Positions 10,560 through 20,250 of a DNA stretch of 32,000 nucleotides are shown here, in pieces (positions within the stretch are counted from its first letter, which is position 1; each line of letters starts with the position of its first letter). The position numbers were made by a program, and so were the translations under genes. The notes under the pieces were generated by a model. The model was not told where the DNA came from. It saw nothing but the letters and a program-made list of their open reading frames with translations, and did no database searches. Source of the DNA: Mycobacterium leprae TN (GTDB lineage: Bacteria > Actinomycetota > Actinomycetes > Mycobacteriales > Mycobacteriaceae). Location: contig NC_002677.1 in the NCBI RefSeq assembly GCF_000195855.1, positions 1,410,001 through 1,442,000 on the forward strand, given 5' to 3'.

Positions 10560-11518
10560 CTGGTCGGCGACCGGGGCAGCTGCGGTCCGAGTGCGAACAT
10601 CGCTAGGAGCGACGATCGATGAATTTTGGCGACCTTACGAACCTCGCCGAAAAGCCGTTGGCGGCAATGTCCCATGTCGTCAACACCTCTAATTCCGCGG
10701 GGCGATACCCCTGTTCTATCTGCGGAACCTGCTTGATATGGTTCAGCGCCGCAAATGCGGCGAAGCGGTCGGTCGCAAGACCTGTCCTCATCACCGGAAG
10801 GTTGTCGGTTGTACGGTGCGGTAGCGGCCAAAATCGCAGCCGCAGGTGGCACGGTGGTGCTGGTCGCGTGCACCCTGGAGAACCTCGAAAAAGTAGCCTC
10901 GGAGAGTCGAGTTAGTCATCGCGGTGCTGTCCATGTGTAACCGAGCGACTTTTCCGACGTAGATGCTATCGCCGCTATGGCCGACCAGCTGCTCGCTGAT
11001 CTAGGCGGCGTCGACATGCTGATCAATAATGCTGGGCACTCGATTCGGTGGTCGTTGACGCTGTCTTACGATCGGATTCATGGCTGTCAGCGCACGATGC
11101 AGTTAGAATTGCCTGAGGACGGTTCAAATTCATCCCTGGGATGCGGGAACCTGGTATTCAGGCAGATTGTCAACGTTTTGTCGGTTGTGGTATGCTGCGC
11201 TTGGGTGCCTGCATCGCTAGCAACGCTGTGCTGGGCAGCCTGTGCGGTGTGATGGAAGCCGAGATAATGAACAACAACGTTCGATTCACCGCTGTACACA
11301 TGGCGTTGGTGCGTACGCTGATGATCAGACCGATCAACCTGTAGGATTAAGTTCCCGATGCTAACTTGAGAGCAGGTAACCTACGTGATCCTGCGCCGGC
11401 CTCGGTGGGTCCGCTCAACGTTCGCCCGTTGCCGATGCGGTTAACCTTGCGGGTGATGGACCGGTTACGCAACGGCGTGTTTGGTACGTTCACCTACTCT
11501 GCCGCCAAGGACTGCTAA
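10560..11518 (+). pseudogene. SDR-family fatty acyl-CoA reductase (Rv1543-like), frameshifted
   Basis: Plus-strand fragments are RPVLITG, KIAAAGGTVVLVACTLENLEKVASE, MADQLLADLGGVDMLINNAGHSIRWSLTLSYDR, and RFTAVHMALVRTLMIRP. They are distributed over three frames, with the terminal TAA at 11516-11518. Confidence 0.75.
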
Positions 11519-11629
11519 TCTGCCGTTAGCACAGCGAAGGTCGAGGAGTTCGATAAGCGAAGCGAAACATTGGTCCAAGTGAGTCGTGGGGTGCATTTTG
11601 GTGACGTCATCAACTTTCCGGAGTCGAAC

Positions 11630-12400
11630 AATGGGACAACCTTCGTCATCACCGATCCCTCCTGAGACATCAGGGTCGAACTCCCTTGTGGCTTGGCCCG
11701 CAGCGGTTTTCCACTGCTGTTCATCGGTGTGGTGATGTAGACTGCCTCGGAGAGTTTGCCAACGAAGTAGACCAGGGATACTGCTCCCGCAGTTGAGGTC
11801 ATGCCTCTAGACCTCGGCTACCCCATGATCGCGCAAAGTTGGCGGACCGGCTTCGCTACTAACCGATCGGCGGTTTGTGCATACAGTGCCCGCCTTTGGC
11901 ACCAGCGGGCTATTGTGCACGTTTCCACTTGAACGCGAGAGCGGAGAGGTGACTCTCAACTCGATCGTGTTGATGGAACTGACGCATGTGGTGTTGCCGG
12001 GCATGGTTGAGCGCTGCTCCGGTGCGGTCATGAACATCGCATCGATGGTCGGTTGCCAGTTGATTCCCCACATGGTGGTTTATGCAGCCACCAAGGCCGT
12101 TGTCCCAGATATTCGCGTAGACTATTCACAAGGAGTTGCACGGTATAATGGGCATCGGTCAAGGTTTTGTGCTCGGCTCTGGTTCCGACCGAATGGGCCG
12201 AGATCGCCAATACCGAACGATTCAGTATTCTCCGTTGTCCAGGTGCAACCGCAGAACTTTACATGAAGTCGTGAGCGGCGGGTGCTGGACGGTCAGAGCA
12301 GAGTGGCGCTCAAATTGTCAGCACTAGCGGCAGATACGTATCGCGTTGCCTGCGATCCGTATCGGTAACCGATTGCGTGTCGGGTAGGTCGCTAACTGGC
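11630..12400 (+). pseudogene. SDR-family ketoacyl reductase (Rv1544-like), with frameshifts and stops
   Basis: Plus-strand fragments are GTTFVITDPS*DIRVELPCGLARSGFPLLFIGV (the TGxxxGIG region destroyed), AFGTSGLLCTFPLERESGEVTLNSIVLMELTHVVLPGMVERCSGAVMNIASMVGCQLIPHMVVYAATKA, and TEWAEIANTERFSI in another frame. Confidence 0.75.
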
Positions 12401-12469
12401 GTGGATTCGGTTCCGTGCGATTTCGCGTGGGCTATTTAGGCCAGGATGATTAGCGTGGCTTGTGCTTGG

Positions 12470-12946
12470 TGTTATGTGTCGGCGTCGCCGCGGCTAGGCT
12501 CAGGTGGTGGCTGTTAAGTTGACATGACCGCCGATGTGTCGATGACTCCTCAGGACTCCTGGGACCATATTTCGGATCTGTCGGAGCTGGGCGATTGGCT
12601 TGTCATGAATGAAGGGGTGGCGTAGCGAGCTTCGTTAGGAGCTGACTGTAGGCACCCAAATGTGAGCGTGTGGGGCGCATGCCAAGGGCATGCGCAACCG
12701 GGTGATCTGGACAATCACGATATGGGACCTGCCCAATAAGTTGGCATTCTCAGTATCCTGGAAAGGGCGGCACCAAGTACGGCGTCACAGTTCACTGTGC
12801 GGTACAAAAACGACTGATCCACGTTTGGCTTGCACCTTGAGTGCGCCGGTCCTGCGCTGTTCGGTTCGCTAGAGTCCGCGGCGGCACGCGTGGTCAAAGG
12901 GTACGTAGAGAAATCGCTTAAGCAGTTTGTGAAGTTGTATGCCTGA
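12470..12946 (+). pseudogene. SRPBCC/polyketide-cyclase-like protein (Rv1546-like), with frameshifts and stops
   Basis: Plus-strand fragments are [61 protein letters not shown], and a C-terminal [22 protein letters not shown] ending at 12946. These lie in different frames. Confidence 0.65.
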
Positions 12947-13013
12947 CGAGGATCGAACACATGCGGCGACATGCCGAGATACCGTCAGTCGTCGGTCATA
13001 GACTGGCGTCTCT

Positions 13014-16000
13014 ATGAACCAGTCTTCCTTCGTTCACCTGCATAACCACACCGAGTACTCGATGCTGGACGGTGCTGCGAAGATCACGCCCATGTTCGCC
13101 GAGGTCGAACGGCTACAGATGCCCGCGGTTGGCATGACCGATCACGGAAACATGTTCGGTGCGAGCGAGTTTTACAATACGGCCATCAAAGCCGGAATCA
13201 AGCCGATTATCGGTGTGGAAGCTTACATCGCTCCTGGATCCCGTTTTGACACCCGGCGCATTACCTGGGGTGACCCCAGCCAGAAGGCTGACGATGTCTC
13301 GGCGGGTGGTGCTTACACGCACTTGACGATGGTGGCAGAGAATGCGGCAGGTCTGCGCAACCTGTTCAAGTTGTCTTCGCTGGCTTCGTTCGAGGGGCAG
13401 TTGAGCAAGTGGTCGCGAATGGATGCCGAGCTTATCGGTGAATATGCCGAGGGTATCATTGTAACTACTGGCTGCCCCTCCGGTGAGGTGCAGACCCGGC
13501 TTCGCCTCGGGCACGACCGGGAGGCGTTGGAATCGGCCGCCAAGTGGCGCGAGATCGTTGGCCCCGATAACTACTTTCTCGAGCTGATGGACCACGGCTT
13601 GTCTATCGAGCAACGTGTCCGCGAAGGACTGCTTAATATCGGCCGCAAGCTCAACATTCCTCCACTGGCCACCAACGACTGCCACTATGTCACCCGCGAC
13701 GCTGTGCACAACCACGAGGCGTTGTTGTGTGTACAGACCGGCAAGACCTTGTCGGATCCGAACCGGTTCAAGTTCCACGGTGACGGCTATTATCTCAAGT
13801 CGGCTGCCGAGATGCGCCAGCTTTGGGACGACGAAGTTCCTGGGGCCTGCGACTCCACGCTGCTGATCGCCGAGCGGGTGCAGTCCTACGCCGATGTGTG
13901 GGAACCGCGCAATCGGATGCCTGTCTTCCCTGTTCCCGTGGGACACGACCAGGCGTCTTGGCTACGTCACGAGGTGGATGCCGGCCTCAAGCGCCGATTC
14001 CCCGATGGCCCACCCAACGGATATGTCGAACGGGCGGCCTACGAGATCGACGTCATTTGTGACAAGGGTTTTCCTGCCTACTTTCTGATCGTTGCAGACC
14101 TGGTCAACCATGCCCGGTCTGTCGGGATCCGCGTGGGCCCGGGCCGCGGTTCGGCAGCCGGGTCGCTTGCCGCCTATGCCCTGGGGATCACTGACATCGA
14201 CCCGATACCGCACGGTCTGCTGTTCGAGCGGTTTCTCAACCCGGAACGCACCTCGATGCCTGACATTGATATCGACTTCGACGACCGTCGCCGCGGTGAG
14301 ATGGTGCGCTACGCCGCCGACAAGTGGGGGCATGACAGAGTCGCTCAGGTCATCACTTTCGGTACCATTAAAACCAAAGCGGCGCTGAAGGATTCTGCGC
14401 GGATCCACTACGGGCAACCTGGTTTTGCTATGGCCGACCGTATCACCAAGGCATTACCGCCGGCCATAATGGCCAAAGACATCCCGTTGTCGGGAATCAC
14501 CGATCCGGCCCACGAACGGTTCAAGGAAGCCGCCGAGGTCCGCAGCCTGATCGAAACTGATTCGGACGTGCGCATCATCTACCAGACTGCTCGCGGGCTG
14601 GAGGGTCTGATCCGCAACGCCGGCGTGCACGCATGCGCGGTGATCCTGAGTAGTGAGCCGTTGACCGAGGCGATCCCGCTGTGGAAGCGACCGCAGGACG
14701 GGGCCATCATCACCGGCTGGGACTACCCAGCATGCGAGGCCATCGGTCTGTTGAAGATGGACTTCCTGGGTCTACGTAACCTGACGATCATCGGCGATGC
14801 GATCGAAAACATTAAGACCAACAGGGGAATTGATCTCGATCTGGAATCCGTGCCACTGGACGACCAGGCCACCTACGAGCTGCTTGGCCGCGGTGACACC
14901 CTGGGTGTGTTTCAGCTCGACGGTGGGCCCATGCGCGACCTACTGCGTCGCATGCAACCGACCGGATTCGAAGACATCGTCGCGGTACTAGCGTTGTATC
15001 GGCCCGGACCGATGGGCATGAACGCGCACAACGACTACGCCGACCGCAAGAACAACCGGCAGGTAATCAAACCCATTCATCCCGAACTCGAGGAACCGCT
15101 GCGTGAGATCCTCGCTGAAACCTATGGACTCATCGTCTACCAAGAGCAGATCATGCGAATCGCGCAGAAGGTGGCCGGTTACTCTTTGGCCCGAGCGGAC
15201 ATTCTGCGTAAGGCGATGGGAAAAAAGAAGCGCGAGGTGCTGGAGAAGGAGTTCGAGGGTTTTTCGGAAGGTATGCAGGCCAACGGATTCTCGGTCCACG
15301 CCATCAAGGCGTTGTGGGACATCATCTTACCTTTCGCCGACTACGCATTCAACAAGTCTCACGCCGCTGGCTATGGCCTAATATCCTATTGGACCGCCTA
15401 TCTCAAGGCCAACTTTGCTGGTGAATACATGGCGGGCCTGTTGACTTCGGTCGGCGACGATAAAGACAAGGCAGCTGTCTATCTGGCCGACTGCCGCAAG
15501 TTTGGCATCACGGTGCTGCCGCCGGACGTCAACGAGTCCGTCCTGGACTTCGCCTCGGTGGGTGCTGACATCCGCTACGGGTTGGGCGCGGTGCGCAATG
15601 TCGGTGCCAACGTGGTAGGTTCGTTGATCAAGACTCGCAATGCCAAGGGCAAATTTGCTGACTTCTCGGACTATCTGAACAAGATCGACATTACGTCCTG
15701 CAACAAGAAAGTCACTGAATCGCTGATCAAGGCAGGAGCCTTCGATTCGTTAGGGCATTCTCGCAAAGGTCTTTTCCTGGTCCACGCTGACGCTGTGGAT
15801 TCGGTGCTAGGCACCAAGAAAGCGGAAGCGATCGGGCAGTTCGATCTGTTCGGCGGAACTGATGGCGGCACTGACGCGGTATTTACCATCAAAGTTCCTG
15901 ACGACGAATGGGAGGATAAACACAAGCTGGCTCTGGAACGGGAGATGCTGGGCTTGTATGTGTCCGGGCATCCGCTCAACGGAGTGGCACACCTGTTGGC

Positions 16001-16547
16001 TGCTCAGGTAGACACCGCCATTCCGACGATTCTCGACGGTGGTGTCTCCAATGATACTCAGGTGCGGGTGGGTGGCATTCTGGCCGCGGTGAACCGGCGC
16101 GTCAACAAAAACGGAATTCCTTGGGCGTCAGCGCAATTAGATGATTTGACTGGAGGGATCGAGGTGATGTTCTTCCCGCACACATATTCCAGCTACGGCG
16201 CCGACATCATCGATGATGCTGTTGTGTTGGTTAATGCCAAGGTGGTGGTTCGTGATGACCGGATTGCGCTGATCGCTAATCAACTTGTTGTTCCTGACTT
16301 TTCCAACGTGCAAGAGGACCGGCCGCTGGCGGTTAGTTTGCTGACTCGGCAGTGCACGTTCGACAAGGTAAATGCACTCAAGCAAGTGCTGGCGCGCCAC
16401 CCCGGCACATCGCAAGTCCATTTGCGGCTTATCAGCGGGGACCGAATCACTACGCTTGAACTAGACCAGTCGCTGCGGGTGACATCGTCGCCGGCGTTGA
16501 TGGGAGACCTTAAGGCGCTGCTCGGTCCCGGGTGTTTGGGTGATTAG
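13014..16547 (+). CDS. dnaE1: DNA polymerase III alpha subunit (replicative, with N-terminal PHP domain)
   Basis: The intact 1177-aa ORF has the PHP-domain signature [16 protein letters not shown]...[10 protein letters not shown]. The palm motif PDIDIDF and the GVHACAV, FQLDG and YRPGPM segments are typical of DnaE. Confidence 0.97.
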   Translation: MNQSSFVHLHNHTEYSMLDGAAKITPMFAEVERLQMPAVGMTDHGNMFGASEFYNTAIKAGIKPIIGVEAYIAPGSRFDTRRITWGDPSQKADDVSAGGAYTHLTMVAENAAGLRNLFKLSSLASFEGQLSKWSRMDAELIGEYAEGIIVTTGCPSGEVQTRLRLGHDREALESAAKWREIVGPDNYFLELMDHGLSIEQRVREGLLNIGRKLNIPPLATNDCHYVTRDAVHNHEALLCVQTGKTLSDPNRFKFHGDGYYLKSAAEMRQLWDDEVPGACDSTLLIAERVQSYADVWEPRNRMPVFPVPVGHDQASWLRHEVDAGLKRRFPDGPPNGYVERAAYEIDVICDKGFPAYFLIVADLVNHARSVGIRVGPGRGSAAGSLAAYALGITDIDPIPHGLLFERFLNPERTSMPDIDIDFDDRRRGEMVRYAADKWGHDRVAQVITFGTIKTKAALKDSARIHYGQPGFAMADRITKALPPAIMAKDIPLSGITDPAHERFKEAAEVRSLIETDSDVRIIYQTARGLEGLIRNAGVHACAVILSSEPLTEAIPLWKRPQDGAIITGWDYPACEAIGLLKMDFLGLRNLTIIGDAIENIKTNRGIDLDLESVPLDDQATYELLGRGDTLGVFQLDGGPMRDLLRRMQPTGFEDIVAVLALYRPGPMGMNAHNDYADRKNNRQVIKPIHPELEEPLREILAETYGLIVYQEQIMRIAQKVAGYSLARADILRKAMGKKKREVLEKEFEGFSEGMQANGFSVHAIKALWDIILPFADYAFNKSHAAGYGLISYWTAYLKANFAGEYMAGLLTSVGDDKDKAAVYLADCRKFGITVLPPDVNESVLDFASVGADIRYGLGAVRNVGANVVGSLIKTRNAKGKFADFSDYLNKIDITSCNKKVTESLIKAGAFDSLGHSRKGLFLVHADAVDSVLGTKKAEAIGQFDLFGGTDGGTDAVFTIKVPDDEWEDKHKLALEREMLGLYVSGHPLNGVAHLLAAQVDTAIPTILDGGVSNDTQVRVGGILAAVNRRVNKNGIPWASAQLDDLTGGIEVMFFPHTYSSYGADIIDDAVVLVNAKVVVRDDRIALIANQLVVPDFSNVQEDRPLAVSLLTRQCTFDKVNALKQVLARHPGTSQVHLRLISGDRITTLELDQSLRVTSSPALMGDLKALLGPGCLGD

Positions 16548-16559
16548 CAAACCGCAGTA

Positions 16560-17270
16560 CTGGTGCTGTGTTGTGGGTGTTTTGTCGGTGGTGGGTGAAA
16601 TGGCTGTTTTTGCGTTTTATGACTGGCCGATATGTTCGGTAGTCGTGGGGGGCAGCCCGGAATCCTGTTGACGTGTTTTGCTGTGTTGCGGGGTTTTTGT
16701 TGGTGGGTGGCTGACTGCCTGCTTTCGATGAGGCTTCGTGTGCTTTGCCGCAGTGGACACGATTAGCGCGGCGCACGTAAGCATGTCGGTGGTGGATGCT
16801 GCTTGGTCTACATGTTGATGATGCCAGGGGCTGGGCACCTGGGCTGTGCTGAAGGCGATATCGATGCAGGCGTGGGTGTGAGGATAGTTGTTAGCGCCGC
16901 GGGGTAGGGGCGTTTTAGTGTGCATGTCATGGCCTTGAGGTGTCGGCGTGGTCAATGTGGCCGCACCTGAACAGGCACGTCCCCGTGCACGGTATAACTA
17001 TTCGCACCTGATGTTATCCCTTGCACCATTTCTGCCGCTGGTATCGGTGTCGGCGGCTTGTTGACCGGCCCTCAGCCAGCAAGCAGGCATGCCGCCGGGT
17101 GCAGCAGTATCGTGTTAGTGAACAGTGCATCGATGATCCGGCCGTCGGCGGCACATACGGCAACCTTCTAGCGCAGATCAACCACCCACACCCCACCAGC
17201 CCACCACAACACCACCACCCAAACCCAAACCAGCAAAAAATAACCACCAAATGACCATCACGACGACACC
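16560..17270. repeat. RLEP, the M. leprae-specific dispersed repeat (no transposase)
   Basis: TGCATGTCATGGCCTTGAGG lies at 16921-16940 and TTCTGCCGCTGGTATCGGTG at 17030-17049. From memory these match the LP1/LP2 RLEP primers, and their 129-bp spacing fits the known amplicon. GCACGTAAGCATGTCGGTGG at 16774-16793 and GCAGCAGTATCGTGTTAGTGAA...GCACATACGGCAACCTTCTAGCG at 17101-17173 match other published RLEP assays. Element ends are approximate. Confidence 0.9.
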
Positions 17271-17470
17271 TTGAAGTCTAAACGGACAAGTTACTGGTTA
17301 CTGGCCGGGCGCGGCGTCTGGCACCAGGGGCATATTGCGTCAGTACCGCCGGTTTCTCGATCGGGGGCAATTTGCCGATGAGATCAGCGTGACATCCGGC
17401 GTGTCAACTTAATCGCCGAATTGGCCAGAACCCACGATGGTGGTTTAGTCGCTGGAGTAGCTGAGAGATT

Positions 17471-17486
17471 GCTCTAGTGCTCTAGT
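17471..17486. repeat. Perfect 8-bp tandem duplication (GCTCTAGT x2)
   Basis: Read directly: 17471-17478 is identical to 17479-17486. It lies in unassigned sequence. Confidence 0.9.
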
Positions 17487-17789
17487 GACTGGAAGGCTTT
17501 GAGAGCGCCTTGAGAACTAAACCGATTACGATGGCAACGGTTGGCACCACCAAGGCCGGCCGGAGCAGCACTGGTGGTCAACACCTCGACCAGCAGTAGC
17601 GTTACGAACCCTGCGATCACCGCGAGCAGTTTTTGCAGCGGCCAGGGCACATCCATAAAAAGCACCTCTGAGGTTTTGGCCGGGCCAGTAACAGATAAGG
17701 ATACTCTATGGACTATTTTCCGGGAACCCGACGACTTCAGGGAACGGACAGCTGACGGTCTAGGGTGCTGCTTGTCCCTTTCATGGGAG

Positions 17790-18218
17790 TATGTATGTAC
17801 CTAGCCCGGTCGACTGGGTGCGCGAGCAAGCTGAGAGGTACATGGCTTCCTGCGGAACCGAGGGCACGGAACTGCAAGAAAAGCCCGTAGTATTGCCGAC
17901 CACTGTATTGTCGGCGCTAAGACCGGCAAACTTCGTAAAACTCCGCTAATGCGTGTTGAGCACAACGGCGAGTACGCGATCGTCGCCTCAGGCGGAGGAG
18001 CTTCGAAACACCTGGTCTGATACTACAACGTCGTGCAGTATCCGAAGGTCGAGCTGCGGGATGGTCTCGTCAGCCGTGATTATGACGCGCGTGAGGTATT
18101 TGGCGAAGAGAAGGCCACCTGGTGGCAGCGCGCTGTCGAGGTCTGGCCGGACTACGTCAACTACCAGACCAAAACTGAACGTTAGATTCCGGTCTTTGTG
18201 CTGACTCCGGTGAGCTGA
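17790..18218 (+). pseudogene. Ddn-family (F420-dependent nitroreductase-like) protein, Rv1558-like
   Basis: The reading is [31 protein letters not shown], then a frameshift near 17910, then [35 protein letters not shown], then in-frame TGA (18018-18020) at a conserved Trp position, then [54 protein letters not shown], then in-frame TAG (18183-18185), then IPVFVLTPVS*. Confidence 0.8.
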
Positions 18219-18250
18219 TTGCTTGTCGGACGACATGGCACCATGGACCT

Positions 18251-19534
18251 ATGTCCGCCGAACCTAGTAGAAACCCCAGGACCCCACCGGTGTCCGCGGT
18301 TGACATTGACGGTGCGGCGAAGCGGATCGCGCCGGTGGTCACGCCTACCCCGTTGCAACTTAGCGATCGGTTGTCGGCGATCACTGGTGCAGCGGTGTAC
18401 CTCAAGCGTGAAGACCTGCAGACGGTGCGCTCTTACAAACTGCGCGGCGCCTACAACCTGTTGGTGCAGCTGACCGACGAGGAGATCGCCGCCGGCGTTG
18501 TGTGCTCTTCGGCGGGTAACCATGCACAGGGTGTCGCGTATGCATGTCGGTCACTGGGTGTGCACGGCCGTGTCTATGTACCTGCCAAGACACCCAAACA
18601 AAAGTGGGATCGGATCCGCTACCATGGCGGGGCATTCATCGAGCTGATCGTCGGGAGATCGACCTACGATCTCGCCGCTGCCGCGGCGGTCGACGACATT
18701 GAACGCACCGGCGCGACGTTGGTACCTCCTTATGACGACGTCCGCGTCATCGCTGGTCAGGGCACCATTGCCGTCGAGTTGCTGGAGCAACTCAACACCG
18801 AGCCTGACCTAGTGGTGGTCCCGGTGGGCGGCGGTGGCTGCATCGCCGGCATGACCACTTACTTGGCCGAACGAACGGCGAACACTGCTGTGCTTGGTGT
18901 CGAGCCGGCTGGTGCCGCGGCTATGATGGCCGCGCTGGCCGCGGGTGAGCCGGTGACACTGGACTACGTCGATCAGTTCGTGGATGGCGCTGCGGTGAAC
19001 CGGGTGGGAACGTTGCCTTATGCCGCGTTGACTGCCGCAGGTGACATGGTGTCCATCACCACCGTCGACGAGGGGGCGGTGTGCACTGCGATGCTCGACC
19101 TTTACCAGAACGAGGGCATTATAGCTGAGCCGGCGGGCGCACTGTCAGTAGCTGGGCTGCTGGAAACTGACATTGAACCCGGGTCCACCGTGGTTTGCCT
19201 GATCTCGGGCGGCAACAACGACGTATTGCGCTACGGTGAGGTGTTGGAGCGTTCGCTGATCCACCTAGGTCTCAAACACTATTTCCTGGTAGACTTCCCC
19301 CAGAAGCCTGGTGCCTTGCGCCGTTTTCTTGACGAAGTGCTTGGACCCAACGACGACATCACCTTGTTCGAGTACGTCAAGCGCAACAACCGAGAGACCG
19401 GCGAGGCGCTGGTAGGTATCCAGCTGGGGTCTGCTGTCGACTTAGACGTCCTGCTGGCCCGGATGCAGGGGACCGAAATGCACGTCGAAACCCTACAACC
19501 AGGTTCGCCGGCCTACCGCTACCTGTTGCTTTAG
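18251..19534 (+). CDS. ilvA: Threonine dehydratase (biosynthetic, short form with one C-terminal regulatory domain)
   Basis: The intact 427-aa ORF contains the PLP-lysine motif QTVRSYKLRGA, SAGNHAQG, and the glycine loop VPVGGGGCIAG. The C-terminal ACT-like segment is HYFLVDFPQKPGALRRFL. Confidence 0.95.
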   Translation: MSAEPSRNPRTPPVSAVDIDGAAKRIAPVVTPTPLQLSDRLSAITGAAVYLKREDLQTVRSYKLRGAYNLLVQLTDEEIAAGVVCSSAGNHAQGVAYACRSLGVHGRVYVPAKTPKQKWDRIRYHGGAFIELIVGRSTYDLAAAAAVDDIERTGATLVPPYDDVRVIAGQGTIAVELLEQLNTEPDLVVVPVGGGGCIAGMTTYLAERTANTAVLGVEPAGAAAMMAALAAGEPVTLDYVDQFVDGAAVNRVGTLPYAALTAAGDMVSITTVDEGAVCTAMLDLYQNEGIIAEPAGALSVAGLLETDIEPGSTVVCLISGGNNDVLRYGEVLERSLIHLGLKHYFLVDFPQKPGALRRFLDEVLGPNDDITLFEYVKRNNRETGEALVGIQLGSAVDLDVLLARMQGTEMHVETLQPGSPAYRYLLL

Positions 19535-19561
19535 ACGAGAACGCACGTAGTTGTACACGTT

Positions 19562-20250
19562 TTACGGCGTATCGCTGTGCAAATACGCGCGCTCACAGCA
19601 GGCGAGTGGCGAGTCCAGGTTTGCGGTCAGGTATTCAGTACCGGGGGTCGTAGGGTCGAGATCGCCACTCGGTACCATTACTATTCCGGTCGTCAAGCTC
19701 AATCGCAACCCTTTTGCCCAATGCAGCAACGTGCAGTCCTCTGGATCATCAATCGGGCTGCCCGTATGCACCTTTGGCCGAAATTTCGACAAGGTCGAGT
19801 GCGAGCCACTCCGGTTGCGGCGAGCTTACGCGCGTTAGGTGCCCCGCCCTAAGGCGATGTGATCGAGAAGGGAGTGCAGTGCCCGCAATTTCTCCGCTGA
19901 GTCTTCGATCACGCGTGCGGCGCCCACCTACTACCAATGAGCAGTAGACCAAGGAATGGTTGTAGCGCCTGAGCGGGCCAGCACCAACCTGTAGACGAGG
20001 GTGACGGTGGCGCACATCGGTAGGCCTGACGCCCTGGCCGCTCTGGCGTCGAACATTGGCTCGCTGTCGGTCGAGCCATGCAAGTACAGGGTTTCCCCTA
20101 GTGGGCATGCGTTGTCGGCAGAATCACCGGCTCACCCGCGTTGGCATAGCCCAGGTGGCAGATCAATGCCTCATCCAGAATGCGATGGACGGTGACGTGG
20201 TCGTAGTGAGCGCGGTTTTGATAGCGGGTGGGCGTAGTGCGCGAGATTTG
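19562..20250 (-). pseudogene. PNPOx-like FMN/F420-binding split-barrel protein, frameshifted
   Basis: Minus-strand fragments are RTTPTRYQNRAHYDHVTVHRILDEALICHLGYANAGEPVILPTTHAH*G, LYLHGSTDSEPMFDARAARASGLPMCATVTLV, ARVIEDSAEKLRALHSLLDHIALGRG, and KVHTGSPIDDPEDCTLLHWAKGLRLSLTTGIVMVPSGDLDPTTPGTEYLTANL. They are spread over three frames, with the stop at 19562-19564. Confidence 0.65.

Noticed and set aside
13113-13946. A 277-aa ORF antisense to dnaE1, plus similar antisense or off-frame ORFs inside ileS, bioA and bioF (for example 28981-29547 on the minus strand and 29439-30188 on the plus strand, 249 aa).
   Set aside because: These are typical high-GC shadow ORFs. Their translations are Arg/Pro/Gly/Ala-rich with no recognisable motifs, and they lie entirely within strongly supported genes in another frame.
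16510-17254. ORFs inside RLEP (16617-16955 minus, 16510-16776 minus, 17014-17250 minus, 17021-17254 plus), considered as a possible transposase.
   Set aside because: The translations are low-complexity (Thr/Pro/His/Gln-rich or Cys/Gly/Trp-rich, driven by the G/T- and C/A-rich arms). They show no DDE, HTH or recombinase motifs. RLEP is described as lacking a transposase.
17474-17665. A 63-aa minus-strand ORF with one hydrophobic helix (LLAVIAGFVTLLLVEVL), considered as a possible small membrane protein or an mmpL6 remnant.
   Set aside because: It is too short, has no recognisable family or RBS, and lies in otherwise unassignable DNA next to RLEP. I cannot support it as a gene.
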